A DNA stretch of 64,000 bases. Source: Laetmonice hystrix (lineage: Eukaryota). The stretch is taken from NCBI GenBank assembly GCA_965235115.1, contig OZ249436.1:50654001-50718000 (forward strand), read 5' to 3'. Position numbers and translations under genes: made by a program. The notes below the pieces were generated by a model. It was not told where the DNA came from. It ran no database searches and saw only the letters and a list, made by a program, of their open reading frames with translations. Below are positions 50,869 to 63,793 of this stretch, one piece after another. Position 1 is the first letter of the stretch. The number at the start of each line of letters is the position of its first letter.

Positions 50869-51813
50869 TTAATTAAACGCGTTTCGTTTTCCTATAGAGG
50901 TGAAAGGAATTGTGTGTGTTATGTTATACTGCTGCACCCGATCCTATTTCGATACTTGAGTTGAGAACAAGTTTGGCAGATAAACCTGAGTTAGAATGCG
51001 GAGTGGCGGCTGGCCGGGAACAGGATAACATTACTGAGTGAGAGAAAGCAGAGAAATCAGAAGTACAAGACAAGTTGGTGTGAAAAGAATGCCAGCGGAG
51101 GGGTTGAGGGAATGCCATCGTATGACGTATGACATTACAGGACCACGCGACATCCTCAATCGTTTCTACAATCGTTAGGTTGCCTGCTTGTCGACGCGTG
51201 TCTCCCCAACACTTGGAAGTGTTTTCTGATCGATGTAGCTAAGCAACGGACAAGATACAGAGCCATGTCTGAAACACGGTTCGGCTGGCCACGTGCCACG
51301 TCGGGGCCATAAGTCGTGGGCCCCAGACAGGGCTCTAAGTTAGGTATACATGCTGATTGGATTAAGAAAAGGGCCTTGGGTATAATATAATATTATCTGA
51401 GTGGGTTTCAGTTTCTACTCCTGGTCCATATCAAGGCGGCAGGTCTATGTGATTTTTCTTTCTGCTGACGCCAAGACGCATGGCAACGGGACCATGCTCT
51501 TATTTTAGGGTGCTCCCCATGCAAAACACACATAAAATATATGTCTGCACCTATATAATAATAGTGTCCGATAATAAAGCTGCCCATACAGTCATGTGAG
51601 AACACAATGGGGATTCTACTCTAGCCTTCGTTACCATGAGATATAGACAAAAACTAACGCTTAACTGGGCGGATCTTATAATTAGATTAGCGACAGAAAC
51701 GTTTTTACCACATAAAACAATGTTCAGCACCGAGTTCTATTATTTTTATGGTTTATTTTCACCTTCGTACGGAACTAATGAGAGTAAAAATCACTATAGA
51801 GTTTCAGTTAGTG

Positions 51814-51844
<31 letters not shown>

Positions 51845-54647
51845 ACAGGACATATCTCCCTACAGCAGCAGTAGTAACTCAGTAAGAGCAGCTGTATCTA
51901 CAGTAACAGTATTTACAGCTGGCTAAATAGATCCACTTCCTGTCAATTTAATGTCCGTTTGTGTGAATGCATGTAGAAAGTAGTTCATTCTATTAGTTTT
52001 TCTGTCGGGTCAACGCTTCTGTGATGGCAATGAGGCACAGCAGCGAGATAATCTGTTGGTCAGGGCGATGCCTATTGATTGCTGCACACGTGCACATGAC
52101 GCTGTATAGTGCACGTGCCTCCTGTAGTCTCTATATGTGCATTACGTTTCATTTCATGTTGTCATGGAACAAATTGAATATTTGCGGGGGAGAAATCACC
52201 CGTCATCATTAGTTCTATCCTAATAGTCCCATTTACCGGGACCCCCCCCCCCCCCTCCCAAGTATTTGTGAGATTCAATGAGATTTATCGACAAGTTGCC
52301 CTACAATCGCCTCAATACCCACCCACCACTCATTCTGTGTACGTCATGGCCTGGACTTACTACAGGTGAACATCTGGCGGGGGTGGACGTACGCTAAGAC
52401 TGGCAGCGCCATCTATCGGAGCGGCGGGGAGTCAGGAGCAGACGACGTTTTGGTTGACGCCCTTCATGTCATCAGTTGACGAGCTTCTCGTTGAGATTGT
52501 AATGACTTGTTCGTGTGTAGGGGGTCTAACGACCGGCCAATTCTCCACGCACGTTTACATGTCTAATATCTTGGTCACGTGTCGCACCAAAACATATGGT
52601 CTCTCCCCTCAACACGTATACAATAGCTAGAGTCTAGAGGTCTAGGATATGTGAAGGAAAATGCTATATATACTCATAGGGTATACTTCCTACAAGACTG
52701 ACAATAATACGAAAGCTTTGCGGGAATTATTGACTTGGAAGCAAACTTTGAAGGGTAACCATATTGTCCAACGTCTCCATGCAATAGGATGAAGGGTGTG
52801 CCAAAGTTTGCGGCCGTATATATCGGCAGGATACGTCGTTATATTAACCCATCACCAAGTAGCGCTACCATATATCTGGGAGATTATAATCTATGATGGT
52901 TCCGTATCTGCTCTCAGATGATAAAGAATTGATTTGGAAGAATTCAGGGACTTAAAAACCTCGTGCTGCATGGTGGGAAGACGGCGGGGGTCGTTGTGGG
53001 TGTGCACGGGGTCGGGTCGGGTCAGACCGGGCCAGCCGCGGGATCCTGCACCTTGCCTCCGGCAGCACGACTGTACTCGGTATTAGCATCTCTCAACACG
53101 ACCTGTTTGATGGCTACCTGTGGCCCTCCTCCGCCTCACCTGAGTGCCATCACCTCCACCGCCGCCAGGCCGCCTACCCATCCTGCACCCATTACACAGG
53201 CCCAGGTGAGCGGACCTTTGGGCACACAACCCTGCGAGATGGAACCTACCTATACCAGGTACTACCACCAAATAACTACGACCTCTACAGACACGGGTTC
53301 CTTGGTGTCTATCCGTGAGGCATAGTTGGCCAGCGTACACAGGGAGTATAAATATTGGGAGTCTTCATGATACCTGAACTCTCACCTCCAAGGTCTGAGG
53401 CCACCCTGAGAGGCAGCAATTGGGGACCACTTCCATAGCGCCGAACCCCACCGAGCCGCCAGACTTGCACTGATTTATCTGAACACACGGAATTATGCTC
53501 CCACAGATAACTCCATTAATATCGTACTGTTCTAGATTTGTGTATATATCGGCTGACCCGGTTAATGTCCTCCTGCCGCCCGTTCTCTCTATACCTGCAG
53601 ATATATAATTGACCCATCCACCTGCTGCCCGGGGCAAGCACCTGTGGTGACATATATCAAAGTATACACCCAAGTACACGAGTTATATATGACATGTTAC
53701 AAGGATAGATTAAAAGTTCCGAGACGCCTATAAAATGTCACGGTATATAAAATCTTCGCTTGCTTCTCATTCCTTCCACATGGAGCTCGAAGAGGCAGAA
53801 TGAAGGGAGGAATAAATGAGGTTATATAGAAAGGAGTAGTATAGGAAGGGATTGAGAACAATATATGATCAACCCAACCCGAGAGCCGTCTGACCCCATG
53901 TGAGCACGGCGACACTGTGCACTGTATCCCTGACGTATGACATGACCTTGGACATATACCCTTCCCGGGGGACGGGAAGAACAATAGATCCTGTCAACAA
54001 GGACTGAACGAGTGCTACGAGTTACAATCTCACCCATGGTCTATTATCATCGCAGACCGGGGCGAGTTTAACTTCTCACCCATAGTTTGGGTGCTACTCA
54101 AACTGATGGAATAGTACACGTTGGTCTACGGGAGGATTAAGGGTGTCTCAAAAAATCTCTGTTTCCATCTGTGAATTCTGAACTAAAGTTACACCGGTCC
54201 TTTTGTAAAAATAACTTCCTTTCATTATCATTAATGATGTCCTTACATTGCATTTGTCTTGTCAACACGAGATTGTACGAGAACAACCTCTAATTGTCCC
54301 GTCAGGCGTTGCCTTAGTTACTGCTCCTTCCAAGACACACAAATCAACTCATAGACGTGTTAGTAAACGAGCGGAACTTGTATCTGTTACCATGGGAATC
54401 ATGTCAGGCCTCTCACCAATCACGTAATGTGATAAATTGACAGGTTTAATCACGGCAGACCACGTAATGTCTGCCTGGAGATTGCTCGTGGAGGAAGTCC
54501 ATAACGCTACTCGAGACCGCTTTATCACGTTAGTGTTTATGTTTGGGATATATTCGGTGTAAAGACCATGTTTGGCTCTAGGCCGATTCTCGACCTCTGG
54601 GTGAAGAGGTTGGTACACACAGCAGGGGGTCGAGCTGATGAGCTTAC

Positions 54648-54798
54648 CTGAGACCTGAGCAATGAGGAGCAGGAAACAGCCGTAGATAAGGACGCTGACC
54701 GATGTCCAGTCAGATGACCACTCCAGGCGAGGTACTCCACGGGCAGTCCGACAGGGCGCCGCGGGCCAAAGCCAACACGGTAAATCGCGTACTTCCAT
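54648..54798 (-). CDS. First coding exon encoding a signal peptide: MEVRDLPCWLWPAAPCRTARGVPRLEWSSDWTSVSVLIYGCFLLLIAQVS(G)
   Basis: Strong Kozak context GCGCCATGG, hydrophobic core VSVLIYGCFLLLIA with a small-residue cleavage region, and a consensus donor CAG|GTAAGC in phase 1 (151 nt). This is the usual layout of a secreted or type-I membrane protein. Confidence 0.65.
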
Positions 54799-57796
54799 GG
54801 CGCAGACCTATTCTAGGAAAGGAGCGGCCGATCCTCAGGTCTGCTCGAGTTGATATCCTTCAGTTCTAGAATTGGCGTAGATGGCGAGTACATAAGTAAT
54901 ATTGACGCCAAAGGCGATCAATTTTTTTTTATAAAAGAAAGTTGTAAAGTAGTTGAGAGAACCGCCAGAGAAAGTTTAGTCCCCAAGGCGTCTTCCTTCT
55001 GGAGACAGTAAACGTGCTGTGTCCGTCTGCCTCCAAGTTTCAGCTGCAGAAACCATTCATCACATGTCTGTGAGAAAATCCGGCAAATACCTGCAGATTC
55101 CTATAGCGTCCGGGGCCATTAGAAAGTTGTCTGTGAACGACCACCCGAGGTCTACATGGACAACATTACTGTCAAAGTTTTCTACGCGTTGTTGTACAGT
55201 TGGCTATTCACAAAGCTGCTATCTTCAACACCAAGGCACTTCACTGCGTACTGAAACATGTGCCGACTGCCACTAAACCTAAACTTGTTGCATTTCCCGG
55301 CGACCAGTCTCCAAGTCTGATGACTCAGTATGGGTCAAAAGCAACCACCAACCACCGAGCACCATACATGTGGAGTCTGGGATGGAGCTATCGAAGCGCC
55401 GCCTATCGACCACTGGCCTCGAGAGGTGCGCCGCCAATCGGAGTCGAGCCGAGTAGGTGGGTATGTGGGGGAGAGATGAGGCTGAGCCACCGGTCCGCCG
55501 GCCGGCCGGCTGCATGCCAGCCACCAGCCAGCTAGTCGGCCATCCCCCATCTTCAATTTCTCACATCCATTCGCCCGGCCTAGCGTCTAGTTAGCTCTGG
55601 AAGCACGTGGTTCGTGGGTTTCTCTGTCAGGGTGTGCGCCCTCGGAGTCGAGCGGTCAGCCAACTCCAGCAAGTGGGCAGCAGCCACCAACCCTCAGTTA
55701 CTGAAGAACGTTCTACCGTTCCATTAACTCCAAGTCCTGACCATCCTCGAGACCCATAGATAGACAGCAACGGAAAAAATAAAACTATGAAAAACTCCTA
55801 TATGCACTGACGTACCCATCCAGTCTGTCTGGAGTTAGTTAGACGGTCGTAGCTTCAGAGCAATGCGGCAGAGGCATTTCGATCGGGTATTTGAACCCAC
55901 TTCTGATGTCGCTCGACTCATGAATCCAAGTGGATTTGTTTTTGAATCGATAGGTTATTCACTGCCGAGGCAATGGCCTCGAATATATTGGCGTGCAGAC
56001 AAGTTCATCATTTGTTATTCACGTCTCGCTGTTCCATCTAATGTTGCCTCCATGTATCCTACTACGGGCAGTGAATGTCGTTAAACAAGGCTAACGTGAC
56101 CGTAGGGACGTCTTGAATGAACCCCATGCAGAGTCCGACCTGTACTGATAACACGGGGATGGGCGCCTCACAACATTCAGTCTGCCTCCCCGTCGTTCAG
56201 CGTTGCATGACGTTCTGTTAAAGAACAACAACCAGCTAACAGACGTGACGTCGTGACGAGAAACGATGGGAACCAGACGGGAGGTCATCTGTCAATCACA
56301 ATCCGTTAAATAATCACTTGATTCGTCAACGTGTAATCCCGGGTGAGTTCTTGGCATCCAAGCAAGGAGTAGGACTATTCTATAGGCTCACTTGTGTAAC
56401 GTTACGCCATCTGTCCTGGTTGGGAATTGCATGTTCTGAGGGTCGTGTGCATCGCAGCACAGATAGGCATATTGGTAAATGGTCGAAACGGCCATAAAAA
56501 CAGCTGATCCAGACGATCGAAAACGGGAGAACGTACGGCGTGGCATTCAACTAGCCGGCTTCATTGAGCCATGTAATGTCATTCACTGACCTACACTGGC
56601 TACAGACCGACCCGCTGTGTATTGAATCCGTCAACTGCACGTCACGGCCCTAGGTCGTCTGCCGTCTGCTGACGACACAATTAACCTTCACCTATATTCT
56701 CATTACTAAAACCAAGTAACTGTTCGCCTCCGTACAAAAAAGATTACTTCTTATCTCATTTACATATGCCTTTCACGATTTCCTCCTTACCTAATTAAGC
56801 CTCAAACGGCGTGTTAAAAGTGGAAGTGTATTTTAAGTGAGAATTGTCCGAACGCAGTCGCGAGTTAAATTCATATTCAGGAGCGTTCTCTCTCTAATTT
56901 TTTTCTGGTGGATACTAACCCGGTAATTGCACATAATGTGTCGTTAATATGCATGGCGTGAAGCATAACTAAGTATAGACAATAGAGCGATAGTAATGCG
57001 CTGAGCAGGTTTTAGAGGCGACCAATCAGTGGAGGCGGTGTCTCGTCCATAATGCCCCCACTACAGGTTCTGCGTCACCCAGAGATCTCACTTCGCTCAA
57101 CCCTTTAGGCCCATATTGATAATGTCTTCTTTCCTTTTTGTTTCTTTTTTTTACCCCAGTTTCACCTTAACTTGAATAAATAAATTTATACCAAACTAAA
57201 CCTGTTTCAGTTTGTATTGTCATGGGAATATTATAAAATGCCTTTTTGATGGATAGGGCGCGTACATGTGTAGCAGAGTTTATATCCCGCCGACTTTTAA
57301 CATCTTCACAATCAAACTACTGCAGTGTTTCTTTACTGATAGACAAAAAATGATCACCATAAAAACCTCCCCACGTTAGAGAAACAAATGATGTGAAGTG
57401 GGTCCTAAATCTAACACCTAGTTACGACAGTAAGCTGAGCATGACGTGTGACGTAAATCTAGCCCGTGACTCCACCTGAGTAGTACGAACTCCGTGCTTT
57501 GTTTACTTAGTGACAAGTCTCATCATGACCCCTTGAAATGGAAATGTCTATGGATGACGAATACATTACGCCTACATTTGCATTAATTGGTTACAGAAAG
57601 GGAGAACTTGTACGGTTGTAACGGTTTTAATTTGATCCCAGGTGTCCACAATAAAACATTCGACGACTTCCGGTTGCTTCAAAGGTAAATTAATTGCCTT
57701 TGGACGTCGCAAATAATATTGAAAATAGTTATAGTCGTAGTTGTTGTTTTGTAATATTCATTCGTAGTATTCGCAGTATTCGTATAGTAATCGAAG

Positions 57797-57801
57797 TATT
57801 C

Positions 57802-57838
<37 letters not shown>

Positions 57839-57881
57839 GCTAGTAGTAGTAGTAGGCTAGTAGTAGTAGTAGTAGTAGTAG
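57797..57881. repeat. (TAG)n microsatellite, interrupted
   Basis: TAG runs with two GGC interruptions. Confidence 0.96.
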
Positions 57882-59291
57882 TTACACCAGGAGGTATGCC
57901 CACCAGGGTGTTTCTCATCAACCTCCTTTCGTCAATTCGTCAGGAATTTTCGATGTGAAATTTATCAAACGAAAACACCTTTTGGATTTAAATAGGGCTG
58001 AGAACACCAGTGACGGGGTCAGTCCACATAATATAGCGTGACCGGTAGCTGAGAATTCCTCTACAGTTGGCTTGGCTTCTCCTGAAAGGTATTTACATTA
58101 TTGTTCTCTCAGAGATTTGTCCTCGTTGAATTTCTAAGTATATTTTTGGCAGTGCTATATAAATGCGTGTGTACACGTATACCAGACACATGATAAGCTG
58201 TAACATTCCTATGTGACAAAGCAATTACAAGATACTATTTCATAACTTGAAATACTGTTCTAAAACTTTTAAATAACGCTCGGTTAGAGAGAGAATGCCT
58301 TGCCTGATCGATCAACGTCGACGCTCCCTGATGTAGAGAAGGTCATGTGGTTAGAGTGTCCGAGCATGGAGCCCATGCTATTCGTTGTTTTCTCAAATTT
58401 AATGCGACTCGCATCTTGATATAGTATATCGTCTATGTCGCCTAAATACCACACACATGTTTTCGCGTAATTGTATACAGGACGAACTAAATGATGTGCT
58501 GTTCACGTTTCCATCAGGTATGTCGCCACTCCCACTAGGACACCAAATTATTATAACAAGGAACTACATATGAACAAATCGTTGTCGACATGTGTTGTGG
58601 TTTTGTATTCGTTTAGGGAGGATTGATGAAGTTTCTAAGCGACTTTTGTCATAACCCCGCAGTAAAATTATATTTAACCTATTGGGTTAGTAGAAACGAG
58701 GATTATTTTAGGCAGCATATCTCAAATTTAAAGAATTCCGTTAGGCGAAGGATTCACTCACTTAAAGCTGTTCCAGTGTTTACAATTTGAGCATATTCTT
58801 GCAACCTTGGTGAATTTGGCGATATTTCTCGGTGGGTAAGTATAGCTGACCACAAACGAGCCGTAAAATGATTCCGAGAGGAGTATCTCCCAGAGAATTC
58901 TATCATCTCTCCGTTATCAGTCCCCAAAGATTACTTATTACCGTTCGGCATCTGTCCTATCATGTAGACGATGCCGCCAAAGGCGTGCTGGTATGACTGG
59001 GGTTGTATGTTAGCCTGGGACCCGTGTACCCGTGTGGGGTCGGTAGACGGTCGGTCATTAAACCGCACTGACCATATGTTCCACTGACGTGATCAACCAT
59101 ACAGGTTGTCCGTCAAATAGTAAACTACACCTTGACATGTTATTACCCGTACCGGTCGTGGTGCCTTGATCAACAAAACGGACCGACTTTCATCTCCCTC
59201 CGAGGGTAGTCCATGACCACCTGTGTCTGAGGTTCATGATCCTCAGTAAATAATACGGGACGGGACAGAAACAAACGTGAGGCGTTCGGAG

Positions 59292-60096
59292 ACGGCGTTC
59301 GTATCACCATGGTGGTCACGGCGTTCGTATCACTATCATGGTCACGGCGTTCGTATCACCATGGTGGTCACGGCGTTCGTATCACCATCGTGGTCACGGC
59401 GTTCGTATCACCATCGTGGTCACGAGAGTTCGTATCACCATCGTGGTCACGGCGTTCGTATCACCATCGTGGTCACGAGAGTTCCTATCACCATCGTGAT
59501 CACGAGAGTTCGTATCACCACCTTGGTCACGGCGTTCGTATCACCATCGTGGTCACGGCGTTCGTATCACCATGGTGGTCACGAGAGTTCGTATCACCAT
59601 GGTGGTCACGGCGTTCGTATCACCATCGTGGTCACGAGAGTTCGTATCACCACCGTGGTCACGGCGTTCGTATCACCATGGCGGTCACGGTGTTCGTATC
59701 ACCATCGTGGTCACGAGAGTTCCTATCACCATCCTGATCACGAGAGTTCGTATCACCATCGTGGTCACGGCGTTCGTATCACCATCGTGGTCACGAGAGT
59801 TCGTATCACCACCGTGGTCACGAGAGTTCGTATCACCATCGTGGTCACGAGAGTTCGTATCACCACCGTGGTCACGAGAGTTCGTATCACCACCGTGGTC
59901 ACGAGAGTTCGTATCACCATCGTGGTCACGAGAGTTCGTATCACCATCGTGGTCACGGCGTTCGTATCACCATCGTGGTCACGGCGTTCGTATCACCATC
60001 GTGGTCACGAGAGTTCGTATCACCATCGTGGTCACGAGAGTTCCTATCACCATCGTGGTCACGGCGTTCGTATCAACATCGTGGTCACGAGAGTTC
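59292..60096. repeat. Minisatellite, 26/27-bp unit, ~30 copies
   Basis: Two main variants, GCGTTCGTATCACCATCGTGGTCACG and AGAGTTCGTATCACCATCGTGGTCACG; source of the 274-aa and 189-aa ORFs. Confidence 0.98.
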
Positions 60097-60171
60097 AGTA
60101 GTATACTCAGACCATCTGGCGGGAGATTAGTTAGTACGTGAAAAAGTGAGGATATCTTTTCACAAGTTGTG

Positions 60172-60176
<5 letters not shown>

Positions 60177-60217
<41 letters not shown>
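60177..60217. repeat. (CT)n microsatellite
   Basis: About 20 CT units. A (GA)n tract also lies at ~61868-61910. Confidence 0.97.
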
Positions 60218-60225
<8 letters not shown>

Positions 60226-60226
60226 C

Positions 60227-60809
60227 ACGTGATCCACTTGCGTTGCGATGCTTCCGATTGACCTCTTGCACGGTCTTACGAGCTCTTCCGAGGAAAAAAT
60301 TCCAAATCGGGAATGCACGCAAGCATTTTAAGTGAATCACGCATTACGAGAGTTCACGAGTGTTCCGAGGGCTTCAGACGTCTTACGAGTGCCAGAGCGT
60401 TCTCGGGACCTCCTTACGAGCAGATCAAAAATGTTAGATATTATCGGAAGAGTGCATAGTGCGCGTGGCCTCCCGTAAGATATCGGAAGATGCATAAAGA
60501 GTTCATAAGCACTCGGAAGAGCGCGGAAGATATAAAGCGAACCCCAAAACCTAGGGGGCAGCACCATCAGATGATAACCGACCAATCAATTCGCGTATTT
60601 CCGTGCAACGGCCTTGAACTTTTAACATGGCGAGAGCCACGAGGGGAAAGGCGACTTCATCAGAGGAAAACCCCGCAAAGAAAAATCTGGAAGCGATTCG
60701 GGTTACGCAAGCCTACGATTCCTTACGCGGCCTTACGCTTGTGCGTACTGCTTCCGAGAGAGAGAAATCGTAGACGCGCGGAAGCCATCGCAACGCAAGT
60801 GGATCACGT
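60227..60809. mobile_element. MITE (583 bp) with ~30-bp terminal inverted repeats
   Basis: Left ACGTGATCCACTTGCGTTGCGATGCTTCCG; right CGGAAGCCATCGCAACGCAAGTGGATCACGT (one extra C). Flanked by CC on both sides. The interior is rich in CTTACG and CTTCCGA/TCGGAAG sub-repeats. Confidence 0.85.
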
Positions 60810-61864
60810 CCATTAGACACTTATACCGTATGAAATATTGAAACATAAAGAAACGAATGAATATGTTAATAAATATGAAGAGCTGGGTGTTAGCAATAAA
60901 AATAAAAACGCCTTTGATATCTGAGGTATTAGATCGATTATTGCACGGTTTATTGGTGTGCTCTGGCTCGAATCGTTGCGGGGACGGTAAGTAAAGATCT
61001 CTTCAACCAGTCTCTATAAAAGGACCACCGCCTACGCTCGCCCACACCTTTCTTTTCGCCCCGCCATTTTTTCCCGGGTTTGGGGCCAATAGATTGTGAC
61101 GGACGAATTAAGATGAAACGTTCCGGCGGCGTACGCAAACATGGACCAGATAACGGTGTCATCTTTTTCAGAGTCCGTTACAGGGGGTATTAAGGATCAG
61201 TAGGTTGTCTGCCGCCGACATGGTAAAGTGACAGAACGATGGAGTGTTTACTACAGCTTATCATCGCTTCTTGTGTAGGTTTCCATCTGAAGCATGTAAG
61301 TCTCCGAGATTTTCAGCCATTATAAAAACATATAGCCCCCCCCCCCCCCTTTATATTGAACACCATTCTTGCCTTTCCTTTTCTTTTTACGCCTTATTCT
61401 CTTTTCCCTGACGATTCGAACATATCTTATCAAAGCACAATGGGGAAGCATATCTCTCGACCTTTGGGGCTTCTTCCGGTAATCTTTCGCCCATCTCTCT
61501 ACTTCACGGTGCAAGAAAATATAGCTATCACCAAGGAAGGTTAACTCAAAACAGAATATGCAGTAGGCCCTATACTCGCAGGACGAGTTGCTGGGGCCGC
61601 GCCTTCAAACCCAAAGTCTGCCACGTGTTCGCCAGACATTCCTCAAGATGAACCTGGGCTGAGACCAGAAGGTTCTTTCATTTGTCCGACCAGTCGTCCT
61701 AGGACTGTGAACTAATCTCAGGAACCAAAGAACCTTTCAGGACGAGATATCATCAAAATGTACCCGTTACCGGGCCTGGCCCGTATCCCATTCATATACC
61801 TTATGTTAGGGTGTGAGAGAGACAGAGAAAGAGAGGGGGAGGGAGGGAAAGAGAGAGCGCGCGA

Positions 61865-61914
<50 letters not shown>

Positions 61915-63558
61915 GGGAGAGAGAGAGGGTTGAGAGTTGGAGATACGAGACAGAGTAAGTGTACGAGACCCCTGTACAAGGACCGGAGACGGTCGTTAGA
62001 TCGCCCTGATGACAGATGGTATTCTTGATTAGTTCTTATCTAACCCCATAGATGGGGTTGTCGTAGCATAATACATGTAACGGGTCAGCACTATGTATGT
62101 GTATGTAAGATAAGAAATTAATGTATTCTGTACATACATGTCTATATCAGGGGTGTCGGGACAGGGGGCAGGGGGACCCCCCCCCCCCCCAATATCTAGG
62201 TCCGTCCAAAGAAAAAGGGCGAATAGCGAAAAGGTCTTGGTTGTTATAAAGTCCTATTGTTATATTGCTATGGTTTATTATAAAGTGCTATTGTTTCCCA
62301 GAAATCTCTCCAGGTACACCTGAGGTATACGGCCCAGAATATAATGACAGTAGTACATAACGTCTCTCGTTCCGGCTGGTCAGACAGACGGGCATTGTCC
62401 TTAGCATCGGCCCTGACTCTCAAACGGCTTTTTGTCGGTGAATATGTTGTCAGGGTAGGCAGAGCGATGTACTTAGAGCACATTGTATACAGCACGGTGT
62501 ATTTGACAGAGATTGATAGGTCGGTTTGTTATTTAGATTAGTTTGACTTATCTTGACTGTTTCGCTATGACTGGTCAGACAATATTAGTCCGCATCGAGC
62601 AGACTAGAATACTTGCAGCCTCTGAAGGTGGAGTCCATTAGTTAGTCCAACTCATCTACGATGTGTTGTGAATCACAATTGCTGATTTCCAAATACAACC
62701 GATTAAATGCGTATCATTTTGTGTCAAAACATTTCCCTTTTTTTCATTACATTATCAATGTATCAGACAAATACACCAGTACTATCTGGACATGGGATAC
62801 GATATGGATGCCGTATTCAGGACCAGGGGCTCATGTACATACTAGTGTTGCCATTTCTTTGAAGATACCTGTATCATCCATTAAACATCAGGTGATCACA
62901 GTTATTAACTAAGGTGAATCATCGTATGGCAGAAATTATCACCCTCCAGAGGATGTCAGTTAGCATACATAACCTATGGAGACCAGTCTATTCAAAAAGT
63001 TCTCCATTATCTTTTCCCATTGTTTTCTGTCATATAAAACACTATACTGAATATAATTCATGGCTTTGCGCATTGCGTCATACATTGCTGGGTGCATACT
63101 AGCCTACTCATATCAAAACAATATTATTAATTGGTTATGGTCTTATCTTATGGTTATGAGGCCTGGCCTAAACTATGCTGGCACTAAAGATAAGATCACA
63201 CGTTTCCCTGTAAAAGTGCTGCAGGGTTTATCTAAAATATGATGGATTCCTGACCAGATAACACAATGACGTCGTTCTGGGGGAAAGCGTTATAATCCGG
63301 TTATAGGCCAACTTTGGCCGCACCAGCTGTGTGCCATCATGTTTTGTAGCCACCCACACGACTATTAGAAACAAAAATCTGCAGGGTAAAGAGATCCCCA
63401 AAGCATAAAACATACCCTATTTAAAAAGGATAATTCTAGTTTGATAAAGAAAACAGGATTTTACTGCATAAGACACAATTTATGAACCACTCACTTTAAA
63501 AAAGGGACGCCAATAATGAATTTACTATAGGGATAGATCCGTGTCCACCCCCCCCCCC

Positions 63559-63793
63559 CTCTGCTCTCAGGCTGCCAAACGACAGGTCTAACACCATAAT
63601 TATAACTCTGCTCTCAGGCTGAGACTTCCAAACGACAGGTCTAACACCATAATTATAATGTTCTCCAAACTCTGCTCTCAGGCTGAGACTTCCAAACGAC
63701 AGGTCTAACACCATAATTATAATGTTCTCCAAACTCTGCTCTCAGGCTGAGACTTCCAAACGACAGGTCTAACACCATCATTATAATGTTCTC
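63559..63793. repeat. Minisatellite, ~64-bp unit, 4 copies (first two shortened)
   Basis: CTCTGCTCTCAGGCTGAGACTTCCAAACGACAGGTCTAACACCATAATTATAATGTTCTCCAAA. Confidence 0.95.

Noticed and set aside
58340-58365. GTGGTTAGAGTGTCC resembling a tRNA/SINE A-box
   Set aside because: No B-box and no cloverleaf downstream.
11023-63793. Reading the regular arrays as CRISPR-like repeat-spacer loci
   Set aside because: Units are directly adjacent with no unique spacers, no cas-like ORFs are present, and the context is eukaryotic.
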